From an uncultured Eubacteriales bacterium (GTDB lineage Bacteria > Bacillota > Clostridia > Acetivibrionales > STF1-152): a stretch of 33,237 nucleotides of DNA. Location of the stretch: positions 1 through 33,237 of the forward strand of contig CAYYGK010000003.1 of assembly GCA_964471145.1 (NCBI GenBank), in the 5' to 3' direction. The translations under genes were made by a program, and so were the position numbers. The notes under the pieces were generated by a model. The model searched no databases and had not been told where the DNA came from. It saw only the letters and a program-made list of their open reading frames with translations. Positions 15,896 through 24,670 of the stretch are shown piece by piece; position 1 is the stretch's first letter; each line of letters opens with the position of its first letter.

Positions 15896-16566
15896 TACAG
15901 AAAGAAAACAGGCACTTGAGGAACTTAAAGCCCGGCAGCAGGGAACGGGACGGCTGTTTCATGGTATCAATAGCCGGAATAGCCGGTGATATAGTGTTCA
16001 ATGAGCTAAAGGGCAGAGAAATCAGGACTGTAGTGCTTGTAAGCACTTTTGACGGTGACGGAAAGAGCGAGATAGCCGACCACCTGGCGTGTGAGTTTGC
16101 CTTTTCCGGAACGCATACGCTGCTTTTGAACATGGACAGGCCAAACCCCGGGGGATATGTGCTCAGAATGCGCAGTTTCAAGGAGGAAGGCCAGATGCCG
16201 GAGATTACCGGAACAAATGTATCAAACCTTGATTACAGTACTCTGTACAGCCGGCTGGAGAGCAGGATACCCGACTATGACAGGGAGTCTTTAAAGGAGC
16301 TGTTCGACTTGTACAGTGAGAAATACAGGAGGATTATAGTTGACACCTCGTCCCTTTCAGCAGATGTGTCAGGCTTCATAGCGGCAGGCCTGGCAGATGC
16401 GGTGTATTTCATTTGCAGCAGGAAGAACATGCGGGCATGGGAAATAACCGACTGCTACAACAGGCTCAGGGACATAGGAGCAAACATGCCTGGTATCATA
16501 TACAACCGATGTTCAAGGCGTACGGTAAGGAAAATATACAAACAGGACGGCAGGGAAAAATGGTGA
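15892..16566 (+). CDS. Degenerate BY-kinase-like P-loop protein lacking the Tyr cluster
   Basis: GTGA overlap, with AGGAGG 10 nt upstream. It aligns with the kinase at 4698 but the motifs are altered: Walker A STFDGDGKS, A' LLLNMDRPNP, B IIVDTSS. There is no C-terminal Tyr run (it ends ...IYKQDGREKW). Confidence 0.55.
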   Translation: MIQKENRHLRNLKPGSRERDGCFMVSIAGIAGDIVFNELKGREIRTVVLVSTFDGDGKSEIADHLACEFAFSGTHTLLLNMDRPNPGGYVLRMRSFKEEGQMPEITGTNVSNLDYSTLYSRLESRIPDYDRESLKELFDLYSEKYRRIIVDTSSLSADVSGFIAAGLADAVYFICSRKNMRAWEITDCYNRLRDIGANMPGIIYNRCSRRTVRKIYKQDGREKW

Positions 16567-18143
16567 AGCTGAAATTAAAATCAGAGAGTACCGGAAAATC
16601 GGTGGTGTTTTCCACGGTTTTCAGCCTTGTGGCCAAATCGCTGACATTTGTACAGGCAATGATAGTGTCATACTATTTCGGGGCTACCGGGGACACGGAT
16701 ATGTTTTTTTTCTGCGTATCGCTTATAATGCTGCTGCCCGGCCTGTTCAACAACATAAACCAGGCAGTTATCGTACCCAATGCGATAAAAATCCGCGAAA
16801 CAAGGTCAAGGGAGGAAAGCCACAGGTTTGTGCTGTATGTATACCTGTTCTATGTGATTGCAGGTTTAATCGGCAGCGTTGCGGCAAGCCTTGCACCGCA
16901 GGAATTCATGATGCTTGTCTCAAGGTTCGGCATGGAGCAGGTCCAGCAGAACATAATCATTGTAAAGCTTATGATACCCACATTTTTCTTTGTGCTGGTG
17001 AATACATATGTACTAAATGTTTTTACCTCGTACAAGTATTTTACGTTTCCGATGGTTTCGGACATGATAAAGAGCCTGCTGATTATTGCATTTATAGCTG
17101 TTTTCGGTACGAGGTACGGCGTTGCAAGCATGGCGGCGGGGGTGCTGGCCGCCCATGTAATTCAGTTCTTTCTGCTGAACTACATGCTGGTAAAGCTGCT
17201 GGGCTTTAAATTTAAGCCACACAGGTACAGGTTTGATACCAAACAGAAGAGAAATGTCGTGTTTGTGGTGGTATCTCAGACAGCAAGCATACTTAACCAG
17301 TACATAGCCATATACCTGATATCCGGGTTAAGTGACGGGGTGTATTCGGCATTAAGCTACAGTAACAAGATTTTTAACCTGCTGGTGCTTGTGTTTGTGG
17401 GGCAGGTGTCTACGGTTGTGGGAATAAATATGATTGAGCTTTATGCAAAGAAGGTTTTTGACATATTGAACAGGGAGTTTTTAAAGTATGTAAAAGTAAC
17501 GATGACAGTGCTGCTGCCGGTTAGTTTCATTCTTTCTTTTCAATCCGTACGCATCATATCGGTGCTGCTGGAGAGGGGCAGGTTTGATGCTGAGTCCGTG
17601 CAGCTTACCAGTATGTTTTTCAGGTTTATAATACTTATGATACCGGTAATGATGCTAGACAGGCTTGTGGTACGTCTCATAATAGCCAGGCAGATTATGC
17701 ACGTGTCTTTTATATGGAATGTCATAGGCAAGGTATTGTCCATGTCGGCAGTTTTTGTAATCATTAACTATGCAGACTACAGGTATTATACACTTGGCCT
17801 TGTTCTGGTGGAGGCGGTGTATGTCGCTATGATGTATCTGTTCCTTGTAAGGAAGCATTTCAGATTCATAGATGTGCCGGGGGTGTTTAAATACATGGCC
17901 GCAAGCATATGTACGATAGCGGCTGTAAGCTACGGATTTTCGGGGATATTCTCGGTGTTTGAAACGGTAAACGTGTTGCAGAAGGCCGCAGTTACTGCAC
18001 TGTACGGCGGGGCTGTACTGGCAGGGTATTATATGGTGGGGTATGTTATGGGGTACAACAGGGAGACCCTCATTTTTCTTATGGGGTATGTAAAAAGGAT
18101 TAAAGCCAGGCTGCCATGGCTTTCGGGAAACTTAAAGGCATAA
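16560..18143 (+). CDS. MOP-superfamily polysaccharide flippase (MurJ/MviN-like Wzx)
   Basis: About 527 aa with roughly 12-14 hydrophobic helices. N-terminal block AKSLTFVQAMIVSYYFGATGDTDMFFF resembles MurJ/Wzx. Start taken as ATG 16560 (ATGGTGA overlap with the upstream stop) rather than 16413. Confidence 0.8.
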   Translation: MVKLKLKSESTGKSVVFSTVFSLVAKSLTFVQAMIVSYYFGATGDTDMFFFCVSLIMLLPGLFNNINQAVIVPNAIKIRETRSREESHRFVLYVYLFYVIAGLIGSVAASLAPQEFMMLVSRFGMEQVQQNIIIVKLMIPTFFFVLVNTYVLNVFTSYKYFTFPMVSDMIKSLLIIAFIAVFGTRYGVASMAAGVLAAHVIQFFLLNYMLVKLLGFKFKPHRYRFDTKQKRNVVFVVVSQTASILNQYIAIYLISGLSDGVYSALSYSNKIFNLLVLVFVGQVSTVVGINMIELYAKKVFDILNREFLKYVKVTMTVLLPVSFILSFQSVRIISVLLERGRFDAESVQLTSMFFRFIILMIPVMMLDRLVVRLIIARQIMHVSFIWNVIGKVLSMSAVFVIINYADYRYYTLGLVLVEAVYVAMMYLFLVRKHFRFIDVPGVFKYMAASICTIAAVSYGFSGIFSVFETVNVLQKAAVTALYGGAVLAGYYMVGYVMGYNRETLIFLMGYVKRIKARLPWLSGNLKA

Positions 18144-18162
18144 AAGACGGGGGAAGGAATAT

Positions 18163-19329
18163 ATGAAAAGAATTGCAGCAATAATGTCAAACCTTGGGTA
18201 TGGAGGGGCTGAGATTCAGTCCATTGAACTGTTTAATGGTCTGTATGAGCAGGGATTCTCCATAATGATAGTAGTACTGGAAGACAGGAGAAAGGACCTT
18301 GAGGACAGGTTTCACAACGGCATTAAGATCGTTTATGTTGACAGGAAGGGATATGCCGATACAGCCGCTGTTTCAAGGGTTGCACATCTTTTAAAAGATT
18401 ACGGTACTGACTGCATGGTGCTGGTGGACAGCTATCCGGTGCTGTACGGGTTCCTGCTAAAAGCGTTTTTCAGGCTGGACATACCGTCAATTGTGATACT
18501 TCATAATACCGTTCCCACAAGCTTCAAAAGGGCCGTTCAGAACAGGATGGTCTATGCATGGGCGGTAAACAGGATGGACCGCATAGTATTCGTATGCGAA
18601 AAGCAGTGGGAGTACTGGAGAAAACGTTATGGTATAAGCAGGAGAAAGTCGCTTGTGATACGCAACGGCATAGACATACGGCATTTTGAGAAATACAGTT
18701 TGTGCCATGGAAGGGCCGCATGCAGGAAAATGCTCAACCTGCCCGATACGGCTCACATTTTCATGATGAATACCTGCCTCCTTCCGCAGAAGAGGCATGA
18801 GCATATGATCCAGGCACTGGCAAGACTTAAGAGTGAAGGCAGGAACATCTTTGTTGTCATAACAGGGGACGGGCCGAGAAGGGAGTACATTGAGGAACTC
18901 TCAAAGAAACTGGGTGTAAATGAAAGCCTCAGGATAACCGGTTTCGTAAGGGATGTAAGGCCCTGGATTATGGCCTCTGACGTGCTGGTGCTGACATCAA
19001 CTTCCGAAACCCTTTCTATGGCGGCAATAGAAAGCATGGCAATGAGCAAGCCGGTTATACTGTCAGACACAGGGGGGGCATCTGAGATTGTCAGGCATGG
19101 CGTAAACGGGTACCTTTACCCCCCAGGAAACATACCCCGTTTGACAGAGTGCCTGAGAGATGCTGTTGATTCGGGGTGCCTGAGGCAGATGGGCCACAAG
19201 TCAGCCGGGAGGGCAAAGAAGTTGTTTGACCGTGGCAGGATGGTTGCAGAATATGCATCACTGATACGAGCTGCCATAAGCGGAGAACCGGAAGGCCTTA
19301 AAGTGAGGAAAGAGGAGGGCGTCGTATGA
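18163..19329 (+). CDS. GT4-family glycosyltransferase
   Basis: The GGAEIQ N-terminal motif is typical of GT4. The C-terminal block is SETLSMAAIESMAMSKPVILSDTGGASEIVRHGVNGYLY. A GGGGGAAGG RBS precedes the start. Confidence 0.85.
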   Translation: MKRIAAIMSNLGYGGAEIQSIELFNGLYEQGFSIMIVVLEDRRKDLEDRFHNGIKIVYVDRKGYADTAAVSRVAHLLKDYGTDCMVLVDSYPVLYGFLLKAFFRLDIPSIVILHNTVPTSFKRAVQNRMVYAWAVNRMDRIVFVCEKQWEYWRKRYGISRRKSLVIRNGIDIRHFEKYSLCHGRAACRKMLNLPDTAHIFMMNTCLLPQKRHEHMIQALARLKSEGRNIFVVITGDGPRREYIEELSKKLGVNESLRITGFVRDVRPWIMASDVLVLTSTSETLSMAAIESMAMSKPVILSDTGGASEIVRHGVNGYLYPPGNIPRLTECLRDAVDSGCLRQMGHKSAGRAKKLFDRGRMVAEYASLIRAAISGEPEGLKVRKEEGVV

Positions 19330-20474
19330 AGATTGCCATGATAGGGCTAAGGGGTATACCCTCGCGTGCCGGGGGAGTAGAGATACATGTGGAGCAGACC
19401 GCCAGGAGGCTTGTTCAGATGGGATGCAGTGTGGAGGTTTACTGCCGAAGAAGGTACTGCACCGGAAAAGGCAGGTACTATGAAGGCATAAGGAGGGTCT
19501 TTGTTCCTGCTCTGAATTCCAGGGCACTGGAAACCATAACTCATTCTCTGCTCTCTACGCTGACAGCAGTGTTCAGGGGCTGTGAGATCATTCACTACCA
19601 TGCACTGGGACCGTCTGCGCTGGCATTTATACCAAGGCTGCTGGGCAGGAAGGTGGTTTGCACGATACACGGGCTTGACTGGAAAAGGAGTAAATGGGGA
19701 GGGCTGTCCTCGGCATTTCTTAAGTTTGGAGAGTATGCGTCCGCATCGTTTGCACACAGCGTGATAAGCGTATCAAGGTCGCTGCCGGCCTACTACAGGG
19801 AAAAGTACGGCAGGGATATTGAGTTCATAGGAAACGGGACGGTTAAGGCCCATATCAGGAGTCCGCAGATAATCAGCAGGAAGTACGGGCTTGAAAAGGA
19901 TTCATACATACTCTTTATGGCAAGGCTCGTACCGGAAAAGGGTGCGCACTACCTTATAGAGGCATACAACAGGCTTTCTCCTGAAAAGAAGCTGGTTATA
20001 GCGGGAAGCTCAAGCCACACCAACGGGTATGAGAAGAGCCTCAGGCGCATGGCAGGGGGCAGCGGTAATATCATATTTACCGGGCATGTTGAGGGGAAAG
20101 AGCAGGATGAGCTCTACAGCAATGCATACATGTATGTGCTTCCCTCCGACATCGAGGGGATGCCAATAAGCCTGCTGGAAGCAATGACTTACGGGAACTG
20201 CTGCCTGGTAAGCGACATTGAGGAGAACGCATCGGTGGTCTCGGATTTTGGATATACGTTTACGAAGGGAAGCATTAACGACCTGGCACTTAAGATGAGC
20301 GTTCTTTTAAGCGATGAGGGTTCGGTACACAGCATTAAAAGGGCTGTGACGGGTTATGCAAAAGACAGGTTCAACTGGGACCGCGCAGCCGAGAGGACCC
20401 TCAAGGTTTATGAGGAAGCAGGGTACATTCACAAGCTGGAGAGGGGTATTAATGAAAACAACCAGGCTACCTAG
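19326..20474 (+). CDS. GT4-family glycosyltransferase with a DUF1972-like N-terminus (WchF-type)
   Basis: ATGA overlap. N-terminus MKIAMIGLRGIPSRAGGVEIHVEQTARRLVQMG...VYCR. C-terminal block DIEGMPISLLEAMTYGNCCLVSD. Confidence 0.8.
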   Translation: MKIAMIGLRGIPSRAGGVEIHVEQTARRLVQMGCSVEVYCRRRYCTGKGRYYEGIRRVFVPALNSRALETITHSLLSTLTAVFRGCEIIHYHALGPSALAFIPRLLGRKVVCTIHGLDWKRSKWGGLSSAFLKFGEYASASFAHSVISVSRSLPAYYREKYGRDIEFIGNGTVKAHIRSPQIISRKYGLEKDSYILFMARLVPEKGAHYLIEAYNRLSPEKKLVIAGSSSHTNGYEKSLRRMAGGSGNIIFTGHVEGKEQDELYSNAYMYVLPSDIEGMPISLLEAMTYGNCCLVSDIEENASVVSDFGYTFTKGSINDLALKMSVLLSDEGSVHSIKRAVTGYAKDRFNWDRAAERTLKVYEEAGYIHKLERGINENNQAT

Positions 20475-22491
20475 ATGGAGGATACTGCTGCTTACAGCAG
20501 CTGTAGTGGCGGGGATTATGGCAGTTCCCGCCGCAGACCGTTTCACGGGTGGGCAAACCCGTCCTGTACATGAAGATGCGGGTCACAAATCGATAGTTGT
20601 TAAAAACGAGTATGTTGAACTTAAGTATTATCCATGGCACAGCGTCTTCCTTTTGACAAACCTTAAGAACGGAAGGCAGTATTACACCGAACCTGTATAT
20701 GATTACAGAACCATTGAAGCATATATGACAGGCCCTGACAGTATGGAGGCGGTTTTAAAGCTGAATGGGGAAAAGGGGGGGGCAGAAGTTCTGTGCAGGA
20801 TCTCGCTGGAAGGTGAAAGGATAAGGGGGGAGCTGTGTGCCGACCCTCATGTATCGCTGCTCAGGCCGTTTTCATTTCCCGGGCCTTTTGCGGGGGAGGA
20901 ATCGGTGCAGTACCTGGTGGTACCCTATGCAGAGGGGCTGCTGCTGCCGGCAGAAGGGCATAATCCATTCGGGGAGTTCCTGATGTGGGGTCACAAGTCA
21001 ACTATGCCCTTTGCAGGAATGACCGACTTAAAGACTGGAATCATGTTGATTTCGGACGCACCGGCCGATACATCGGTGGCGTTTGAAAAACCCCGATATG
21101 GCGAAATGCAATTTTCCCTGATGCAGCTTCGGCATTCCCCGGCAAAGGGGGTGTTCGGTTATGACCGTGTGTTCTATATCGACTTTATTGAACAGGACGG
21201 GTACAACGAAATGGCAAAAATATTCAGAAGCCATCTTGAAAAAAGACAGGAGAATGAAAACGATGACGATATGGACCTGCTGGTAACACTCAGGCAGAAG
21301 GCGGAGCAAAACAGGAACATTCACCTTCTTGTGGGGGCGGTGGATTTCTGGATGGGGCCTGAAGGGATGAAAAGCACCCGGATTGTGGATGAATTAAAAG
21401 AAAACGGAATAGAAAAGGCGGTTGTCAACCTGCAGTATGGATGGAAGGTTTACCCTCATGAAGAAAGACCGCTGCTTGTTGACTATATAGCGGAAAAGGG
21501 TATGTTGCCAGGGAGATATGATAATTTCTTCTGTGTTTTTGCTAAAAGCGTATCAGATATAAGCGACAGGTACAGGACAGAGGGTTTTGATGAAGACGTG
21601 ATAATCAAAAAGGACGGCAGCCTCCAGGAAGGATACAGAACCTGGCATAACGGACAACTTGTGCAGGGGTACCGTTTGAATCCCGGATGCGTGCTGGATG
21701 ATGCGAGGAAATATGTAAGAAGGGACCTTCAAAAAAATGCATACCTTTCAAGGTATATAGATGTAACCACATCTGCAAGGCTTTATGAGGACTACTCTGC
21801 TGCCCATCCTATGACCAGGAGGGAGGACATGCGCCACAGGTATAATCTGCTGAAAATGGCAGGCAGGGATTTCGGGCTGGTAACCGGTACAGAAGAGGCT
21901 GTACACTGGTCGGTAGGGATAACTGCATACAGTGAAGGGACAATGACGATAGTACCCCCGCAGGGTGGAGGCTGGAGCACCCCAGTAAGTGACCCGGGCA
22001 GGCTGTATGAGGATTACACTGTAAATCCCGCAGTACGCATACCTCTTAAGTCGCTTGTATACCATGACTGCCATGTTTCGGGATGGTACACGGGAGACAG
22101 CATTTCCAAGGTGCCGTCTTTCTGGAAAACAAAGGAGCTGCTTACGGTTCTGTACGGGGCTATGATACTTGTGTTTCCGGAGAACGAGGCGCACTGGGAG
22201 AGCAGAAAGAAGGATTTCTTGCAGACAATGAGGGTTGCGTCAATGGTTTTTGAAAAAACAGGGTACGAAAGGATGGAAAGGCACGAATTTCTTGACAGTA
22301 AACGCATGGTACAGAAAACGACATTTTCCGGAGGCATTGAAATAACGGTGAATTTTTCTGACAGGCCCTTCCGGGTGAATGACTGTGGGGGATTTACTAT
22401 TCCCCCCGGAGGGTTTTCACTGAGGGAGGGAACATGCATGTGCATATACGGGCTGTGCGGGCAGCATTCAGGGAATGAGGAAGAGAGGTGA
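20452..22491 (+). CDS. Large exported or membrane-anchored protein of unknown family (paralog A, possible glycoside-hydrolase-like)
   Basis: Start taken at ATG 20452 (GGAGAGGGG RBS). Signal anchor MKTTRLPRWRILLLTAAVVAGIMAVPAAD. It shares long conserved blocks with 29119..30960 (VPYAEGLL, MWGHKSTMPF, QYGW.VY, VQGYRLNP, EGTMTI, NPAVRIPL.SLVYHD). Confidence 0.6.
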   Translation: MKTTRLPRWRILLLTAAVVAGIMAVPAADRFTGGQTRPVHEDAGHKSIVVKNEYVELKYYPWHSVFLLTNLKNGRQYYTEPVYDYRTIEAYMTGPDSMEAVLKLNGEKGGAEVLCRISLEGERIRGELCADPHVSLLRPFSFPGPFAGEESVQYLVVPYAEGLLLPAEGHNPFGEFLMWGHKSTMPFAGMTDLKTGIMLISDAPADTSVAFEKPRYGEMQFSLMQLRHSPAKGVFGYDRVFYIDFIEQDGYNEMAKIFRSHLEKRQENENDDDMDLLVTLRQKAEQNRNIHLLVGAVDFWMGPEGMKSTRIVDELKENGIEKAVVNLQYGWKVYPHEERPLLVDYIAEKGMLPGRYDNFFCVFAKSVSDISDRYRTEGFDEDVIIKKDGSLQEGYRTWHNGQLVQGYRLNPGCVLDDARKYVRRDLQKNAYLSRYIDVTTSARLYEDYSAAHPMTRREDMRHRYNLLKMAGRDFGLVTGTEEAVHWSVGITAYSEGTMTIVPPQGGGWSTPVSDPGRLYEDYTVNPAVRIPLKSLVYHDCHVSGWYTGDSISKVPSFWKTKELLTVLYGAMILVFPENEAHWESRKKDFLQTMRVASMVFEKTGYERMERHEFLDSKRMVQKTTFSGGIEITVNFSDRPFRVNDCGGFTIPPGGFSLREGTCMCIYGLCGQHSGNEEER

Positions 22492-22494
22492 TTC

Positions 22495-23274
22495 ATGCTG
22501 GAAGCATGCTGCATATACAGGATAGATGACGTTACACCCGGCATGGACTGGGATAAGTTTACCAGATTTATAGACCTTTTTGGGCAGTACGGGGTAGTGC
22601 CCCTGCTGGGAGTAGTGCCTGACAACAGGGACTTAAACCTGGTGGTGGGAAAGAAGGAGAAGCGTTTCTGGAGCATAATGAGGATGCTCAGGGATGAAGG
22701 AAGGATTGAAATTTCCCAGCACGGGTATCGCCATGTATACATAACCGACAGGATAAACACCTATTACAGGATATGCGGGTTTAACAGGCAGTCCGAATTC
22801 TGCGGTCTTGACTACTGGAAGCAGTACATGATGATAAAGAGGGGGAGGGACATCTTCAGGAGGCATGGTATAGATGTAGACATCTGGATGGCCCCGGCAC
22901 ACTCATTTGACAGGAATACCGAGAGAGCACTCAAGAAACTTGGGTTCAAAGCAGTGACCGATGGTATAGGGCTTTACCCCGTGAAAAGGAACGGCATTGT
23001 ATTCATACCACAGCAGGCATGGGAGCCCGAAAGTTCACGAATAGGGGTAAAGACAATATGCCTGCACCTGAACAATGCAAACAACAGGCTTTACCAGAAG
23101 GTAAGGAGACATCTCCAGAGCGGCGACAGGATCGTGTCATTCAGTTCTGTTGCAGATGGAGAGATTCCGCCCTGGGGAGAAGCCGTCAATACGGCATACA
23201 GGGTCATGTTTCTGCTGCATACGGCAAAGGGCGGTCTAAGAAGAATGGTTCGGCAGGCTGTAAATAACGGGTGA
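22495..23274 (+). CDS. DUF2334-type polysaccharide deacetylase-like protein
   Basis: Blocks YRIDDVTPGMDWDKF, VPLLGVVPDN, EISQHGYRH, and WMAPAHSF...ALKKLGF fit the DUF2334 / predicted deacetylase pattern. Confidence 0.65.
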   Translation: MLEACCIYRIDDVTPGMDWDKFTRFIDLFGQYGVVPLLGVVPDNRDLNLVVGKKEKRFWSIMRMLRDEGRIEISQHGYRHVYITDRINTYYRICGFNRQSEFCGLDYWKQYMMIKRGRDIFRRHGIDVDIWMAPAHSFDRNTERALKKLGFKAVTDGIGLYPVKRNGIVFIPQQAWEPESSRIGVKTICLHLNNANNRLYQKVRRHLQSGDRIVSFSSVADGEIPPWGEAVNTAYRVMFLLHTAKGGLRRMVRQAVNNG

Positions 23275-23801
23275 GGGTTGATGCTATGATAAGACAGCTG
23301 CTCAGGGCAAGGCACAGGTACGGCCTTAAAAAACTGGCCCGAAAAGGCCTTAAGACAGGTAAAAACACCATACTGTTCAACGAGGTGTGGGACTACGGCT
23401 GCAATCCGCATCTTGTTGAGATTGGCAGCAACTGCATAGTAACGGCAGGAACCAAATTCATCACAAATCCTGCAGTCAACCAGTGGGAAGACGGACATGA
23501 CGACAAACAAAGGCAGCATTGCAGGATTATAGTGCATAACAACTGCTTTATAGGGATGAAGGCTGTAATATTTCCCGGCGTAACCATAGGGCCGTGTTCC
23601 ATCATAGGTGCAGGGGCGGTTGTGACCTGTGATGTGCTGCCCGGTACATGCGTGCTGGGAAATCCGGCCAGGGCTGCATGTACGCTGGACACATACATCC
23701 GAATATGCGAAAAGAACCTTATACCGGAATACTCTGCGGAGGAAAAGAGGCGGATTCTGGTGGAGCATTTCTGGGGCGGAGCGGGGCAATACTTTACATG
23801 A
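23271..23801 (+). CDS. Hexapeptide-repeat (left-handed beta-helix) acyl/acetyltransferase 1
   Basis: IVHNNCFIGMKAVIFPGVTIGPCSIIGAGAVVTCDVLPGTCVLGNPAR. The start is GTG 23271 (GTGA overlap) or ATG 23286. Confidence 0.8.
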   Translation: MRVDAMIRQLLRARHRYGLKKLARKGLKTGKNTILFNEVWDYGCNPHLVEIGSNCIVTAGTKFITNPAVNQWEDGHDDKQRQHCRIIVHNNCFIGMKAVIFPGVTIGPCSIIGAGAVVTCDVLPGTCVLGNPARAACTLDTYIRICEKNLIPEYSAEEKRRILVEHFWGGAGQYFT

Positions 23802-24355
23802 AAAAATTGAGGGTATATTCTAAAACAGCAGAAAATATATTGGAAAGTGTGAAAGGCATGTTTATGGAATTGGTAAGAAGAAGACTCATGCGCCGCAAGG
23901 TCAAAAAGCTTATAAAGGCAGGCCTTAGAATAGGCAGGGACACAATGGTTTTCCCACAGATATCGTTTTTCGGGAGTGAACCGTACCTTGTGCATATCGG
24001 GGAGAAGTGCATAATAGCAGACGGGGTGAGGTTCATAACGCATGACGGTGCAATAAGGGTTATAAACAGGACGGAGGAAAACCGCAGGATTGACAACAAA
24101 TACGGCAGGATAGACATAAAGGATAATGTATATGTAGGGGAAGACTCGATTATAATGCCGAATGTGTCGATAGGCCCCGATGCCTGTGTCCTGCCTGGTT
24201 CTGTCGTCTACAGGGACGTGCCTCCAAACACAATAGCGGGGGGAAACCCTGCAATAGTAAGGCACCGGATGAAGGAGTATGGCGGGTATTACCGCAACCT
24301 GCTGTTTCCATATTACGAAAGGTACTGCAGTATTTTCAACAGGCATATACGTTGA
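23798..24355 (+). CDS. Hexapeptide-repeat (left-handed beta-helix) acyl/acetyltransferase 2
   Basis: ATGA overlap with the upstream stop. IDIKDNVYVGEDSIIMPNVSIGPDACVLPGSVVYRDVPPNTIAGGNPA. The ORF-track start at 23648 is rejected because it lies inside the upstream gene. Confidence 0.8.
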   Translation: MKKLRVYSKTAENILESVKGMFMELVRRRLMRRKVKKLIKAGLRIGRDTMVFPQISFFGSEPYLVHIGEKCIIADGVRFITHDGAIRVINRTEENRRIDNKYGRIDIKDNVYVGEDSIIMPNVSIGPDACVLPGSVVYRDVPPNTIAGGNPAIVRHRMKEYGGYYRNLLFPYYERYCSIFNRHIR

Positions 24356-24394
24356 AACAGGACATGCCTTAAGAATGAACACAGGGGGGATATA

Positions 24395-24670
24395 ATGGAC
24401 AGTTTGCAAATAAGGGAAAAACTGGGTCAATTCTTTGAAAGAAGCATACTTTATGGTGAATCGGCTGATGAACTGGACGGAGAAACTTCGCTTGTGGATG
24501 AAGGCTATATCGATTCAACAGGGATTGTGGAACTGGTCTCATTCATAGAAAGGGAATTTGACATGAGGGTAAGGGACATTGAGGTAGTACCTGAGAACTT
24601 CGACACATTCAATGCCCTGTGCATGTTCATAATGAAAAAGCTGCATGCCGGAAAGGAAGAGAAGGTATGA
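24395..24670 (+). CDS. Acyl/peptidyl carrier protein (DltC-like)
   Basis: 91 aa. The phosphopantetheine-attachment-like motif is LVDEGYIDSTGIVELVSFIEREF. A GGGGGGA RBS precedes the start. Confidence 0.75.
   Translation: MDSLQIREKLGQFFERSILYGESADELDGETSLVDEGYIDSTGIVELVSFIEREFDMRVRDIEVVPENFDTFNALCMFIMKKLHAGKEEKV

Noticed and set aside
16413-16559. Long N-terminal extensions in the ORF track (16413, 20356, 23648, 24619, 11440, 10209)
   Set aside because: Each extension lies inside the preceding gene in another frame. In every case an internal ATG/TTG with an RBS and an ATGA-type stop-start overlap gives a protein that begins where family-conserved sequence begins.
23393-24430. 345-aa minus-strand ORF
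   Set aside because: It is antisense to the two hexapeptide acyltransferase genes, whose beta-helix repeats are unambiguous on the plus strand. It has no motifs and no translational signals.
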